Assembly (NCBI GenBank): GCA_963729135.1
Contig: CAVSMT010000014.1
Location: 216,609-280,608 of the forward strand
Origin: an uncultured Actinomycetes bacterium
GTDB taxonomy: Bacteria; Actinomycetota; Thermoleophilia; Gaiellales; Gaiellaceae
DNA: 64,000 bases
Direction of reading: 5' to 3'
A model generated the notes under the pieces. It was not told where the DNA came from and did no database searches. It saw only the letters and a program-made list of their open reading frames with translations. Of the stretch, positions 1 through 9,975 are shown piece by piece (within the stretch, counting starts at the first letter, position 1; the number at the start of each line of letters is the position of its first letter). The position numbers and the translations under genes were made by a program.

Positions 1-2
1 TC

Positions 3-833
3 CGGTTCGGCCCGCGCGTGACGGCGGCGGCCGGCCTCGGCGTCGTCGCCGCGTACGCCGCGCAGGCGGTCACGCACCCGTCGCGGGACGCGTTCGACGC
101 GTGGGGGTTCATCGCCGTACAGGTCGGCTACCTCGCGTGGATCGGCGCCGCGGCGGTGCTGTTCTCGAGCCTGCTCACGCACCGGACGAACCGTCTCGTC
201 GAGCTCGCGGCGAGCCGCCGGACGCTGCTCGCGGACGTGATGACCTCGGAGGACCGCGAGCGGCGGCGGCTCGCCGAGAGCCTCCACGACCACGCGATCC
301 AGAACCTGCTCGCCGCGCGGCAGGACCTCGAGGAGGCGGCCGCGTCCGGCCCGCGGGTCGAGCTCGACCGCGCGCACGCGACGCTGACCGACCTCCTCTC
401 CGACCTGCGCAGCGCGATCTTCGAGCTCCACCCGCACGTCCTCGACCAGGCCGGCCTCGAGGCGGCGCTGAGGGCGGTCGGGCAGCGCGCGAGCCGGCAG
501 GGCGGGTTCGATCTCGAGCTCGACCTCAGCTACCGGAAGCGCCACCCGCACGAGGTGCTGCTCCTCGGCGCGGCGCGGGAGTTCCTCTCGAACGCCGCGC
601 GTCACGCGAACGCGTCGAAGGTGACGCTCCGCCTCGCGGAGGAGAACGGGTCGATCGTGCTCGTCACCCGCGACGACGGCGCCGGCTTCGACCCGGCCGA
701 CCGGCGGCACGTCGCCGAGGCCCACATCGGCCTCCTCTCGCAGCGCGAGCGGCTCGAGGCGATCGGCGGCGGCCTCGAGATCGACTCGGCGCCCGGCGCC
801 GGCACGACCGTCACGGCGCGGCTCCCTCGCTGA
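3..833 (+). CDS. Sensor histidine kinase, HisKA_3 + HATPase_c type (NarL/LiaS-partner class); N-terminus outside window
   Basis: The frame is open to the window edge. Hydrophobic N-terminal segments, H-box ESLHDHAIQNLL, and ATPase boxes FLSNAARHANAS, DDGAGFD and GLLSQRERLEAIGG. Confidence 0.85.
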   Translation, partial: RFGPRVTAAAGLGVVAAYAAQAVTHPSRDAFDAWGFIAVQVGYLAWIGAAAVLFSSLLTHRTNRLVELAASRRTLLADVMTSEDRERRRLAESLHDHAIQNLLAARQDLEEAAASGPRVELDRAHATLTDLLSDLRSAIFELHPHVLDQAGLEAALRAVGQRASRQGGFDLELDLSYRKRHPHEVLLLGAAREFLSNAARHANASKVTLRLAEENGSIVLVTRDDGAGFDPADRRHVAEAHIGLLSQRERLEAIGGGLEIDSAPGAGTTVTARLPR

Positions 834-843
834 GACTGTCTCC

Positions 844-1362
844 GTGAGGATCGTCGCGGGCAGCCGGCGCGGGCACCGGATCGAGGCGCCGAAGGGCACC
901 GAGACGCGGCCGACCGCCGACCGTGTCCGCGAGAGCGCGTTCAACCTGATCGGCCCGGTCGACGACGCGGCGGTGCTCGACCTGTTCGCCGGCTCGGGCG
1001 CGATGGGGCTCGAGGCCCTCTCGCGCGGCGCGGCGAGCTGCGTCTTCGTCGAGTCCTCGCGCGCCGCGTGCCGGACGATCGACGCGAACCTCGAGAAGCT
1101 GCGGCTGCACGCAACCGTGCTCTGCCAGGACGCGCTGCGCGCGCTCGCCGCCGAGCGCCGCACGTTCGACCTCGTGCTCTGCGACCCGCCGTACGGCTTC
1201 GAGCGCGCCGCCGCGCTCGCCCCGCACCTCGCCCGCGTCCTGGCCCCGGACGGGGTGCTCGTGTACGAGAGCGCGGCGCGCGACGAGCCCGCCGTCGAGG
1301 GCCTGGCGATCCGCACCTCGCGGCGCTACGGCTCGGCACGGCTTACGCTGTTCGAGCGGTGA
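844..1362 (+). CDS. rsmD: 16S rRNA (guanine966-N2)-methyltransferase RsmD
   Basis: GTG start. RPTADRVRESAFN, SAM motif DLFAGSGAMGLEALSRGA and catalytic DPPY. Confidence 0.85.
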   Translation: MRIVAGSRRGHRIEAPKGTETRPTADRVRESAFNLIGPVDDAAVLDLFAGSGAMGLEALSRGAASCVFVESSRAACRTIDANLEKLRLHATVLCQDALRALAAERRTFDLVLCDPPYGFERAAALAPHLARVLAPDGVLVYESAARDEPAVEGLAIRTSRRYGSARLTLFER

Positions 1363-1874
1363 TCACGGCGATCTGTCCCGGCTCGTACGACCCCGTCACG
1401 AACGGCCACATCGACGTGCTCTCGCGCGCGGCCGCGATCTTCGACCGCGTCGTCGCCGGCGTGATCGGCTCGCCGCTGCACAAGACGCCGCTCTTCCCGC
1501 TCGAGGAGCGCCTCGAGTTCGTCCGCGGGGCAGTCCGCGGCCTCGAGAACGTCGAGGTCGACGCGTTCCGCGAGCTCGTCGTCGACTTCGCGCGGCGCTG
1601 GGACGCGCGCGTCATCGTCAAGGGCCTCCGCGTGATCTCCGACTTCGAGTACGAGTTCCAGATGAACCAGCTCAACCGCACGCTCGCGCCCGAGATCGAG
1701 ACCGTGTACGTGATGGCGAGCCCGCAGGTGAGCTTCGTCTCGTCGAGCGGCGTGAAGGAGATCGCGTCCTTCGGGGGAACTGTCGAGGAGTTGGTGCCCG
1801 AAGCCGTCGCGCGCCGTTTGCGGGAGATGTTCCCGGACGGCCGGGGCGGGACGCCCGTCAGCGACCAGGAGTAA
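1359..1874 (+). CDS. coaD: Phosphopantetheine adenylyltransferase
   Basis: GTGA start/stop overlap with rsmD. PGSYDPVTNGHIDV (HxGH-type motif), KGLRVISDFEYEFQM and SSSGVKEI. Confidence 0.9.
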   Translation: MITAICPGSYDPVTNGHIDVLSRAAAIFDRVVAGVIGSPLHKTPLFPLEERLEFVRGAVRGLENVEVDAFRELVVDFARRWDARVIVKGLRVISDFEYEFQMNQLNRTLAPEIETVYVMASPQVSFVSSSGVKEIASFGGTVEELVPEAVARRLREMFPDGRGGTPVSDQE

Positions 1875-1886
1875 CATCAAGCGGCG

Positions 1887-2393
1887 ATGGACGTTCTCGT
1901 ACTGATCGACAAGCTCGACGACCTCGTGCACAACGCGAAGGCCGTCCCCCTGACCGACCAGGTCCGGATCGACCGCGAGGAGATCTACGACATCCTCGAC
2001 CAGATGCGCGCCACGATCCCCGAGGAGATCAAGCAGGCCCGCTGGATCGTCAAGGAGCGGCAGGAGATGCTCGCCGAGGCGAAGCGCGAGCAGGACCGGC
2101 TCCTCCAGGAGGCGCGCGAGCAGGCCGTGCGCGAGGCGTCGCAGACCGAGATCGTCAAGCTCGCCGAGCGGCAGGCGCAGGAGATCATCGACGAGGCCCG
2201 CCGGCAGGCCCGCGAGATGCGCCTCGAGATGGAGGACTGGGCCGACGGGATGCTCGCCACGCTCGAGAACAACCTCGACAAGTTCCTCACCGCGGTCCGG
2301 CGCGGCCGGGACCGGCTGCACGAGCGCTCGCAGGAGACGGTCGTCGCCGGGATCGGCCCGATCGAAGTCGGCGACGACGGCTCGGCGTACTGA
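1887..2393 (+). CDS. DivIVA-like coiled-coil protein (SepIVA/Rv2927c-type, often annotated ATP synthase B-like)
   Basis: N-terminus LIDKLDDLVHNAKAVPLTDQVRIDREEIYDILDQMRATIPEEI followed by a charged coiled coil. It sits in the conserved position immediately upstream of the DUF177 gene and rpmF. Confidence 0.5.
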   Translation: MDVLVLIDKLDDLVHNAKAVPLTDQVRIDREEIYDILDQMRATIPEEIKQARWIVKERQEMLAEAKREQDRLLQEAREQAVREASQTEIVKLAERQAQEIIDEARRQAREMRLEMEDWADGMLATLENNLDKFLTAVRRGRDRLHERSQETVVAGIGPIEVGDDGSAY

Positions 2394-2447
2394 TCGCCTG
2401 CTGAGCCGACGATCTCGGGCCCGGACGAGGGCGCTACGCTGGCCGGC

Positions 2448-2954
2448 ATGACGAGCTTCGCCATGCGCCGGCTGAAGCTCCGGCCGGGGGAGGAGTACCG
2501 CACCGAGCTCGAGATCGAGCTGCCCGTGTTCGAGTTCGGCGGGCAGCGGTACGTGCCGGTGCCGGAGGAGCTCCCGGCCGAGCTCGCGATCACGCAGGCG
2601 ACGACCGGCACGGTCTTCGAGCTCGCGTTCGCGACCCGGCTCCACGGGCCGTGCCACCGCTGCCTCGACGACGCCGTGCTCGACGTGCCGATCCGTGCGC
2701 GCGAGTACCAGGCCTCGGTGCCCGAGACCGACGAGCTGACGACGCCGTACCTCGTCGACGGGCAGCTCGAGGTCTCCGACTGGGCCCGCGACGCGGTCGC
2801 GCTCGCGCTGCCGGATCAGATCCTCTGCCGGCCCGACTGCGCCGGCCTCTGCGCCGAGTGCGGCCGCAACCTCAACGACGAGCCGCACGTGCACGAGCCG
2901 GAAGCCGGCGACTCGCGCTGGGCCGCGCTCGAGCGCCTCCGCGGCGAGCTCTGA
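2448..2954 (+). CDS. yceD: YceD/DUF177 family protein (large ribosomal subunit RNA accumulation protein)
   Basis: Cys motifs CHRC and CAGLCAECG. Conserved position directly upstream of rpmF. Confidence 0.8.
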   Translation: MTSFAMRRLKLRPGEEYRTELEIELPVFEFGGQRYVPVPEELPAELAITQATTGTVFELAFATRLHGPCHRCLDDAVLDVPIRAREYQASVPETDELTTPYLVDGQLEVSDWARDAVALALPDQILCRPDCAGLCAECGRNLNDEPHVHEPEAGDSRWAALERLRGEL

Positions 2955-2993
2955 ACGAACGCCGCGCGCGGGCGGCTATAGTGACCGCCGCTC

Positions 2994-3182
2994 ATGGCTG
3001 TCCCCAAGAGGAAGACGTCGAAGTCGCGCCGCGACAAGCGCCGCGCGCAGCATTCCATCTCCGCGCCGCGGGTGAACATCTGCCCGCAGTGCCACTCGCC
3101 GAAGCGCCCCCACCGGGTCTGCCCGGTCTGCGGGACGTACCGCGGGCGCGAGATCGAGCCGCTCCGCCTGAACGTCCCGTAG
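2994..3182 (+). CDS. rpmF: 50S ribosomal protein L32
   Basis: [17 protein letters not shown] plus the CPQC..CPVC zinc ribbon. Confidence 0.95.
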   Translation: MAVPKRKTSKSRRDKRRAQHSISAPRVNICPQCHSPKRPHRVCPVCGTYRGREIEPLRLNVP

Positions 3183-3183
3183 C

Positions 3184-4196
3184 GTGGCCCGCGTCGCGGT
3201 CGACGCGCTCGGAGGGGACCGCGCCCCGGAGGAGATCGTCGCCGGCGCGCTCGAGGCCGCCGCCGACGGGATCGACGTCTCGCTCTACGGCCCGGCCGGG
3301 CTCGACACCGGCGGGCTGCCGCTCGTCGAGGCGCCGGAGTCGATCGACATGGCCGAGAAGCCGGCCGACGCGGTGCGCCGCAAGACGCGCTCGTCGCTCG
3401 TCGTCGCGGTGCAGGCGGTCGCCGAGGGGCGCGCCGACGCGGTCGTCTCGGCCGGGAACACCGGCGCGATGCTCGCCGCCGGCCTCGTCCACCTGCGGCG
3501 GCTGCCGGGCGTGCATGCGCCCCGCGATCGCGGTCGTGATCCCCGCGCGGATGGGCCCGACCGTGCTGATCGACGCCGGCGCGAACGCCGACAACCGCCC
3601 TGAGCACCTGCTCCAGTTCGGGATCATGGGCTCGATCTTCGCGGCGGAGATCCTCGGCGTCGAGCGCCCCGGTCGTCCGCCTGCTCTCGAACGGCGAGGA
3701 GCCGGAGAAGGGAAGCCAGCTCGTCCTCGACGCGCACGCGCTCCTCCGGGACTCGACGGCGATCGAGTTCGCCGGCAACACCGAGGGCCGCGACATCGTC
3801 CGCGGCGCCGCCGACGTGATCGTCACCGACGGCTTCACCGGGAACATGACCCTGAAGCTCCTCGAGGGCACGATGCGCGAGCTGTTCGACGTGCTGCGGG
3901 AGGAGATCACGGCGACGACGCGCGGGAAGCTGGGTGGTCTCATGATCCGGCCGGCCGCGCGCCGCGTCCGCGCCCGGCTCGATCCGGACACCTACGGCGG
4001 CGCGTACCTGCTGGGGCTGCGCGGCCTCGCCGTGATCGCGCACGGCGACTCGAGCCGCCGCGCGATCGCGAACGCGATCCGCCTCGCGGCCCGCGGCGCG
4101 GAGCACCGCGTGGTCGAGCGCCTCGCCGAGAAGCTGCCCGTTCGCCCGAAGGGCGACGCGGACACGCCCTCGTCGCGCGCGCTCGAGGGTGTGTGA
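3184..4196 (+). CDS. plsX: Phosphate acyltransferase PlsX; reading frame broken twice as sequenced
   Basis: PlsX homology runs through three frames. It starts in frame 1 (VDALGGDRAP..SAGNTGAMLAAG). It continues in frame 2 from about 3514-3518 (RPAIAVVIPARMGPTVLIDAGAN). It finishes in frame 0 from about 3668-3672 (LLSNGEEPEKG..VTDGFTGNMTLKLLEG..IAHGDSS). Each break behaves as one extra base. Confidence 0.85.
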
Positions 4197-4257
4197 ACGT
4201 CTCGTGTCGCCTGTGTATGATCGGCGCGCTCTGCGAACCCCCGGACAATGAGGTGCC

Positions 4258-4503
4258 ATGGCAGCGTCGCGTGAAGAGGTCTTCGAGCGGGTCAAGGAAG
4301 TCCTGACCGAGCAGCTCGGCGTCGAGGAGAGCGAGATCAACGAGGAGGCGTCGTTCCAGGAGGATCTCGACGCGGACTCCCTCGATCTCGTGGAGCTGAT
4401 CATGGAGCTCGAGGACCAGTTCGGGATCAAGATCTCCGACGAGGACGCGCAGAAGATCACCACCGTCGGGCAGGCAGTCGACTACGTCACCTCGCACCAA
4501 TAA
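4258..4503 (+). CDS. acpP: Acyl carrier protein
   Basis: 81 aa, acidic, with the phosphopantetheine attachment motif [16 protein letters not shown]. Confidence 0.95.
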   Translation: MAASREEVFERVKEVLTEQLGVEESEINEEASFQEDLDADSLDLVELIMELEDQFGIKISDEDAQKITTVGQAVDYVTSHQ

Positions 4504-4576
4504 GTCGCTCGTAGAGCTGATCGCGGCGCTGCCGCCCGAACGAACGGCCGCGGTCTTCACGCACTCGAGCTGGGCG

Positions 4577-5191
4577 GTGTCGCGGACGGCGTCGTACGAG
4601 CGGCTCGAGTTCCTCGGCGACTCGGTGCTCGAGCTCGCGATCGCGCGGACGCTCTACGACCGCTTCCCGGACTTCAACGAGGGGCGGATGGCGAAGATCC
4701 GCTCGCACGTCGTCTCGCGCGTCTCCTGCGCCGTCGTCTCCCGCGAGCTCGGGCTCGGCGAACGGCTGCGGTCGAGCGGCGGCGGGCTGCCGGGCGAGGA
4801 GCTCGACCGCCTCTCGCGGAACCGCAACGTCCTCGCCGCCGTGCTCGAGGCGGCGCTCGCGGCGCTCTACATCGAGCACGGCTTCGAGCCGATCAAGGAC
4901 GCGGTCGTGGGCGCATTCGAGGGGCGGATCCAGCACGCGCTCACGAACCAGGTCGACCACAAGACCGAGCTGCAGGAGACGCTCGCGCGCCTCGGCCGGA
5001 CGGTCGGGTACGTGCTGCTCGACGCCGAGGGCCCGCCGCACGAGCGGACGTTCACGGCCGCGGCGGTGATCGACGGCGAGCAGGTCGGCGTCGGCCGCGG
5101 CCGCTCGAAGAAAGACGCGGAGCAGCTCGCGGCGCGGGAGGCGCTCGCCTACCTCGGCGAGCCCGTCCCGGACGCCCAGCCGTCGGGCTGA
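4577..5191 (+). CDS. rnc: Ribonuclease III (first canonical start at GTG 4577; homology continues upstream to about 4505)
   Basis: YERLEFLGDSVLE catalytic signature and a C-terminal dsRBD (GPPHERTFT..GRGRSKKDAEQLAAREAL). The upstream in-frame [26 protein letters not shown] is also RNase III-like but has no ATG/GTG/TTG. Confidence 0.85.
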   Translation: MSRTASYERLEFLGDSVLELAIARTLYDRFPDFNEGRMAKIRSHVVSRVSCAVVSRELGLGERLRSSGGGLPGEELDRLSRNRNVLAAVLEAALAALYIEHGFEPIKDAVVGAFEGRIQHALTNQVDHKTELQETLARLGRTVGYVLLDAEGPPHERTFTAAAVIDGEQVGVGRGRSKKDAEQLAAREALAYLGEPVPDAQPSG

Positions 5192-5233
5192 GGCGGACGG
5201 CGGCATCCGTCGCGCCCGATAGCCTCGCTTCGC

Positions 5234-7737
5234 GTGCACCTGAAGGCGATCAAGCTGCGCGGGTTCAAGTCGTTCGCGGACCCGGTCGAGGTCCGGCTCG
5301 AGCCCGGCGTCGCGGTCGTGATCGGGCCGAACGGGTCCGGGAAGTCGAACGTCTCCGACGCGATCCTCTGGGCGACCGGGTCGCTCAGCCCGCACGAGCT
5401 CCGGGCGGAGAAGCCCGACGACGTGCTCTTCGCCGGCTCGGCGCGGCGGAAGGCGGTCGAGTTCGCCGAGGTGGAGCTGATCTTCGACAACGAGGACGGC
5501 GCGTGGCCCGAGCTGCCGTTCGCCGAGGTGTCCGTCGCGCGTCGGCTCCACCGCGGCGGCGAGGGGCAGTACCTCGTGAACCGCGCGGCCGTGCGCCGGC
5601 TCGACCTCGTCGAGCTGATCTCCGACGTCGGGCTCGGCGGCGGGCTGCGCTCGGTGATCTCGCAGGGGAGCGTCGAGTCGCTGCTCGCGGCGAAGCCCGC
5701 GGAGCGGCGCTCGCTCGTCGAGGAGGCGGCCGGCCTCGGCCGGTTCAAGCTCCGCCGACACCGCGCGGAGCTGAAGCTCGCGCGCGTCGCGACACAGGTC
5801 GAGCGAGCGCGCGACCTCGAGGCCGAGGTACGGAAGAGGCTGCGGCCGCTCGCGCTGCAGGCGAGCGCGTCCGAGCGCGCGGAGCGGCTGGCGGGCGAGG
5901 CGGCGAGCCTCGAGGCGGCGATCGCGTCGCTCGACCTCGCCCGGCTCGGCGGCCGGCGAGCCGAGGTCGAGGGCCGGCGCGCCAACGCGCTCGCCGTCCG
6001 GGCCGGAGCTCGAGAAGAAGCTCGAGGCGCTGCTCGCCGAGCGCACGCGCGTCGAGGAGGAGCTCGCCGGCGCGGCCGGCGCGAGCGAGGGCGCGAACGC
6101 CGCGCTGTACCGGCTCCGCACGGCCGGCGAGCGGCTCGCGATCCGGCGCGAGGCGGCCGAGACGCTCGGCGCCGAGCTCCGTCGCTGGGCCGCCGACCCG
6201 CCTCGCGCGAGCGCGCGGCGGCGGGACGATCTCGCCGACCGTGCGCAGCTCGCGCGCGAGCGGCTCGCGGTGCTCGAGCAGGCGCTCGCGGAACGCGAGG
6301 GCCTGCCGCCGGCCGCCCGGGCGCTCGCCGAGGGCGGCGAGCGGCTCGCGCTCTCGGCGCTCGACGCCGCGCCGGGGATGGAGCGAGCTGCCGCCGCGTC
6401 GCTCGGCCACCGCGCCTCGGCGCTCCTCGCGGGCGACGCGGCGCACGCGCTCGCGCTCGTCGAGCGGGCCCGCGACACCGGCCTCGGCTCGCTCGTCGTC
6501 CTCGTCGACCGCGACCCGAGGGAGCTCGTGCTGCCGGTCGTCCCGCGCGACGAGCTGCTCGCGTCCGCGACGCCCGCGGTGACGGAGGACGGGATCGGCT
6601 GGGATCCGCAGCGCGGCGAGCTCTGGTTCTCCGGCGAGACGGCCGAGGCGCTGCTGCTCGAGCTCGAGGCTCGCCGCCGCAGGCTCGAGGCCGAGGTCGC
6701 CGAGCTCGACCGCCGCACCGCGGCCGCGGCGGACGCGCCGCGCCGTCCTCGCGATCGACGCGAACCGGCTGCTCGCGGCCGTCGACCGGCTCGCCGCGGC
6801 GCTCGCGCTCGACGTCGCCCGCTTCGAGGCGCCGCTCCGCGCGGACGCCGCGGTCCCGCGCGCCGCCGAGCTCGGAGCTGCGCTGCGCCGGCTCGGCGCC
6901 GACGAGGTCGAGCTGCGCCGCGCCGTCGCGGAGGCCGCAGAACGGCTGAGCGCGACCGACGTCGAGCTCGCCCGCATCGACGCCGAGCGCGACGAGGCCG
7001 CCCGCCGGCTCGAGGCCGCGCAAACCGGGGCCGGCGACGACGTGGTACTCGAAGGGGTCGAGCGCGACGAGCTGGCCGAGCGGCTCGACCGGCTGCGCCG
7101 GCGCCGCGAGCAGCTCGGCCAGGTGAACCCGCTCGCGAAGGAGGAGTACGAGGCCGAGAAGGAGCGCCTCGAGGAGCTCTCGCGCCAGCGCGCCGACCTC
7201 GAGCGCAGCCTCGACGAGCTCGAGCAGCTCCGCCGCGAGCTGGCCGAGACGGTCGAGCGGCGCTTCGCGGAGACGTTCGCCGCGGTCGAAGGGCACTTCG
7301 CCGAGGTCGCCTCCGCGCTCTTCCCCGGCGGCGAGGGCCGGCTGCGGCTCACCGAGCCCGAGGGCGACGGCGACGACGGGGAGCCCGGGATCGAGGTCGA
7401 GCTGCGTCCCGCCGGCAAGCGCGTCACGCGGCTGTCGCTCCTCTCGGGCGGCGAGAAGGCGCTCGGCGCGCTCGCGTTCCTGTTCAGCCTCTTCCTCGCG
7501 CGGCCGAGCCCGTTCTACCTCCTCGACGAGGTCGAGGCCGCCCTCGACGACGCGAACATCGGCCGCTTCACCGAGCTGCTCCGCCGCTACGCGGGCCGCG
7601 CGCAGTTCATCGTCGTCACGCACCAGAAGCACACGATGGAGGCGGCCGACGTGCTCTACGGCGTGACGATGGGCCCCGACGGCGTCTCGCAGATCGTCTC
7701 GCGGCGGCTGCCGCGCGAGGAGGCGCTGACCGCGTGA
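5234..7737 (+). CDS. smc: Chromosome partition protein SMC (about 833 aa, short coiled-coil arms); frame broken twice as sequenced
   Basis: N-terminal head LRGFKSFADP..GPNGSGKSN (frame 2). Coil and hinge LSALDAAPGMERAAAASLG..GLGSLVVL (frame 0, from about 6000). Coil and C-terminal head LSLLSGGEKALGALAFLF..FYLLDEVEAALD (frame 1, from about 6740). It sits in the rnc-smc-ftsY position. Confidence 0.85.
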
Positions 7738-8183
7738 ACGACCTCCGGCTCGTGATGCGCGCCGCCGACCTGCTCGCCGAGGGCGGCTTCCGGGTGTGGC
7801 TCTTCGGCGGCTGGGCCGAGGAGCTGCGCGGCCTCCGGCCGCCGGCCGAGCACGCGGACGTCGACCTGCTCTACCCGGCGCCCGACTTCCGCCGCCTCGA
7901 CGAGTTCGTCGCCGCCGCGCCGGTAGAGGAGTGGAAGGGCAAGCGTCGCGGGTACAAGCGCGCGTTCGAGCTCGACGGCGTCCCGGTCGAGCTGTTCCTC
8001 GTCCAGCGCGACGCCGGCGGCTGGTTCACCGACTTCGAGGCCGGCCGCCACCGGTGGCCGGCGAACGTCTTCGGCCGCTCGGCGTGGCCGCCGGTCGCGA
8101 GCGCCGAGGCGCTCGAGGGCTACCGCGCCGCGTACCGCGTCGCTGCACGCTCGCGCCGCGTAGCCGGACCGAGGCCTCCTTGA
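7734..8183 (+). CDS. Nucleotidyltransferase, ANT(2'')-like family (putative)
   Basis: GTGA overlap with the smc stop. FRVWLFGGWAEELRG..HADVDLLYP resembles the GGWA..HxDIDL motif of aminoglycoside 2''-nucleotidyltransferase-type enzymes. Confidence 0.5.
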   Translation: MNDLRLVMRAADLLAEGGFRVWLFGGWAEELRGLRPPAEHADVDLLYPAPDFRRLDEFVAAAPVEEWKGKRRGYKRAFELDGVPVELFLVQRDAGGWFTDFEAGRHRWPANVFGRSAWPPVASAEALEGYRAAYRVAARSRRVAGPRPP

Positions 8184-8275
8184 CGGCCGCGCGCCGTCGG
8201 CGTAGGTTGCGCCTCCCCGGCGGCTCGGGCGCGCTCGACGTACCGCCGGACCAGTCGACGAAAGGAGTGCAGACG

Positions 8276-8750
8276 ATGGCCACGAGCCGGATGCTCGCCG
8301 CAGTGGCAGTGGTCGGCGCCGTCGCCGCGGCGTTCTTCGCGACCTCGGTAGCCGCCTCTGCTCCGCTCCACGGCACCGGAACTTCGACCCTCACGTCCTC
8401 GACGATCCTCGCGGTCAGCCAGGCCGGCCCGAACATGATCATCGAGCAGATGAACACACGCGCGGACGTCGGTGCGTTCACCGGCACCGTCACCGAGCAC
8501 CAGCGGCTCGTGGTGCACCCGAACGGCCTGATCATCACCCACGCCGACGCCTCGATCACCGGCACGTACGCAGGGTGCGGCGCCACGCCCGTGACCCAGG
8601 AGCTTCAGCTCGAAGGCCAGGTCTCGGCGGCGGGCGACGTCACGCGCGAACTTCACGACCACGGGCCACCCTGCCGTCGTCGTCCACGGCACGGTCGAGG
8701 GCACGACCGCGTCCGACACCGTCAACTTCACGATCGACTACCACTGCTGA
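8276..8750 (+). CDS. Secreted hypothetical protein (one frame break near 8642-8648)
   Basis: AAAGGAG RBS 8-9 nt upstream of ATG 8276. Signal peptide MATSRMLAAVAVVGAVAAAFFATSVAASA. The C-terminus continues in the +1 frame (NFTTTGHPAVVVHGTVEGTTASDTVNFTIDYHC, stop 8748-8750) and is followed by a strong hairpin. Confidence 0.5.
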
Positions 8751-8757
8751 GCCGGGG

Positions 8758-8793
8758 GGACGGGCGGGCCCGTAAGCGCGGGCCCGCCCGTCC
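8758..8793 (+). terminator. GC-rich hairpin terminator (14-bp perfect stem)
   Basis: GGACGGGCGGGCCC-gtaagcgc-GGGCCCGCCCGTCC starts 8 nt after the stop at 8750. There is no U-tract. Confidence 0.6.
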
Positions 8794-8884
8794 GACGAGT
8801 CGGCTCTCGCCCTCGGATGCGCGGCGGCCGGGCTTCCGAGGGGACGTCGCCGAGTCGCCGCCGCCTCTGCGCGAGAACGCGGCC

Positions 8885-9964
8885 GTGCGGTTCCGGCGCG
8901 TCTTCGGGGTGCTCGCGATTCTGAGCGTGGCCGCGATCGCGGGTGTCGCGGACGCAGCGAGCGCCTCGACCCCGACGCTCGATCCGGCGAGCCTGCCGGC
9001 GCTGCCGTCGCAGGGACTGGTCGTCGCGCAGCCCGCCGGCGTGCTGCTCGAGACGACCGGCGGCACGGTGCTCGGCCGCCTGGCCGGGTTCTCGGTCGAC
9101 CCGCCCGAGAAGCTGACCGGGCTCGCGCTCGCGCGCTCGGTCGGGATCGGGACGCTCGCGAGCGCCGATCCCGCGCTCACGGTGCTCTTCGACCGGGCCG
9201 GCCGCGGCTGAACGCTCGACGTCGCCGGCCGGCGGCTTCGTGCGATCGGCCCGCTCGAGGCTCCGCTCGCCGGCGGCGCCAGGTTGCGGGTGATCGTCGA
9301 CCGGCACGGAGACGGCGTCACCACCTGGACGGTCGTCGAGCGCGGCGGCGCGAAGCTCATGTCCGGGCTGTCCGTCGCGGCGGTCGGCACGCGCTATGTC
9401 GCGACGAACGACTCCGTCGGCTCGACGCCGAACCAGGTGCTCGACCTCGTCAGCAGCCGGTGCACGACGATCGGCCCGCGGTGCGTGCTCGCCGGCGTGC
9501 GCCGCGGCGCCGCGATTGTGGCCTGCTCCCCCGTCGCTGAGCGCGAGCCCTCGAGCCTCTTCGCTACGGGAGCGACGGCTCGAAGCGCGTCCTCGCGACG
9601 TTCGCGCCCGGCGTCTTTCCGACGTCGGCGTCCCCGTCGCCTGACGGGCGCTGGGTCCTCGCTCTACCTCCAGCCCAACTGCGGGCCCGGCTGGGCCGCG
9701 GTCGCGCCGAGCGACGGCGGCCCCGCGCGCTTCGTCGCGGGCGGCGGAACGGTCCCGGCGACGGCGATCTCGACCTCGCCGCCCTTCTTGTTCGGGCTCG
9801 GCTGGACAGCCCGGAGCCTGATCGTCGCCACCGTCGCGCGCAAGGTCAGCTGGGAGGGCGAGTCGTCGGCCGGGACGTTCGCGATCGACCCCGCGACGCT
9901 CACGAGGACACGGTCGACGCCGGCGCTCGCCGCAAAGTTGTGGGGCGCGGGCGCCTCTGGTTGA
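8885..9964 (+). pseudogene. Secreted hypothetical protein with a PD40/TolB-like repeat; in-frame TGA and at least 2 frame breaks
   Basis: GTG 8885 followed by signal peptide VRFRRVFGVLAILSVAAIAGVADAASA. In-frame TGA at 9209-9211. An SPDGRWV motif is readable only in another frame near 9630. The tail returns to the original frame. Confidence 0.3.
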
Positions 9965-9975
9965 ATCCGCCGCCG

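Noticed and set aside
3510-3675. Programmed ribosomal frameshifting as the explanation for the plsX, smc and leuS frame breaks.
   Set aside because: There are no slippery heptamers or stimulatory structures at the sites. The breaks occur in unrelated genes at GC runs and are all consistent with one extra base, which fits technical error better.
9209-9211. The in-frame TGA in the PD40-like secreted protein could be a selenocysteine or read-through codon.
   Set aside because: There is no SECIS-like hairpin immediately downstream and no Cys/Sec context. The gene also carries frame breaks, so an error or pseudogene is more likely.
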